64,000 bases of DNA from Actinomycetota bacterium (GTDB taxonomy: Bacteria > Actinomycetota > Geothermincolia > Geothermincolales > RBG-13-55-18). The DNA is taken from positions 15,370-79,369 of the forward strand of contig JASEFK010000004.1 of NCBI GenBank assembly GCA_030019255.1, in the 5' to 3' direction. Below, in pieces: positions 63,981 to 64,000 of this stretch (position 1 is its first letter; each line of letters begins with the position of its first letter). The position numbers and the translations under genes were made by a program. Under the pieces are notes generated by a model. It was not told the DNA's origin. It did not search any database and saw only the letters and a program-made list of their open reading frames with translations.

Positions 63981-64000
63981 CGCAGCCCTCGCCGGCATAA

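Overview
This is a high-GC (about 65%) bacterial chromosomal origin region. The gene order resembles Firmicutes, Clostridia or Actinobacteria: rpmH-rnpA-yidD-yidC-jag-rsmG-parA-parB on one side, and dnaA-dnaN-recF-dciA-gyrB-gyrA on the opposite strand. Three near-consensus parS centromere sites and DnaA-box repeats mark the oriC neighbourhood. The 10 kb around the origin has noticeably lower GC than the flanks. Also present are an archease-rtcB RNA-repair pair fused onto the gyrA operon, a decayed ISLre2/UPF0236-type IS next to a textbook rpmH promoter, ddl, an aminotransferase, and a complete Bacillus-type chemotaxis operon with a sigma-28-type promoter. Further along are a large Alu-domain SRP RNA followed by dnaX-ybaB-recR, lysC-asd, a TetR regulator, a partial Lar (lactate racemase cofactor) cluster, pheA-serS, tRNA-Ser, and a hydrolase. 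The best leads for an undescribed system are three. (1) A module of KaiC-like ATPase, CheY-like receiver, split polytopic membrane protein, multi-PAS histidine kinase, and a catalytically dead Amidase_3 pseudo-enzyme with two peptidoglycan-binding domains. (2) A GHKL-ATPase/winged-HTH fusion gene sitting between the DnaA-box cluster and dnaA. (3) A cluster of B-box zinc-finger CPBP proteases (tandem paralogs), a double-zinc-ribbon polytopic membrane protein, an orphan membrane-fusion lipoprotein, and an MrfA-like helicase. Many long ORFs in the supplied track are high-GC shadow artefacts. Several real starts use GTG, TTG or possibly CTG.
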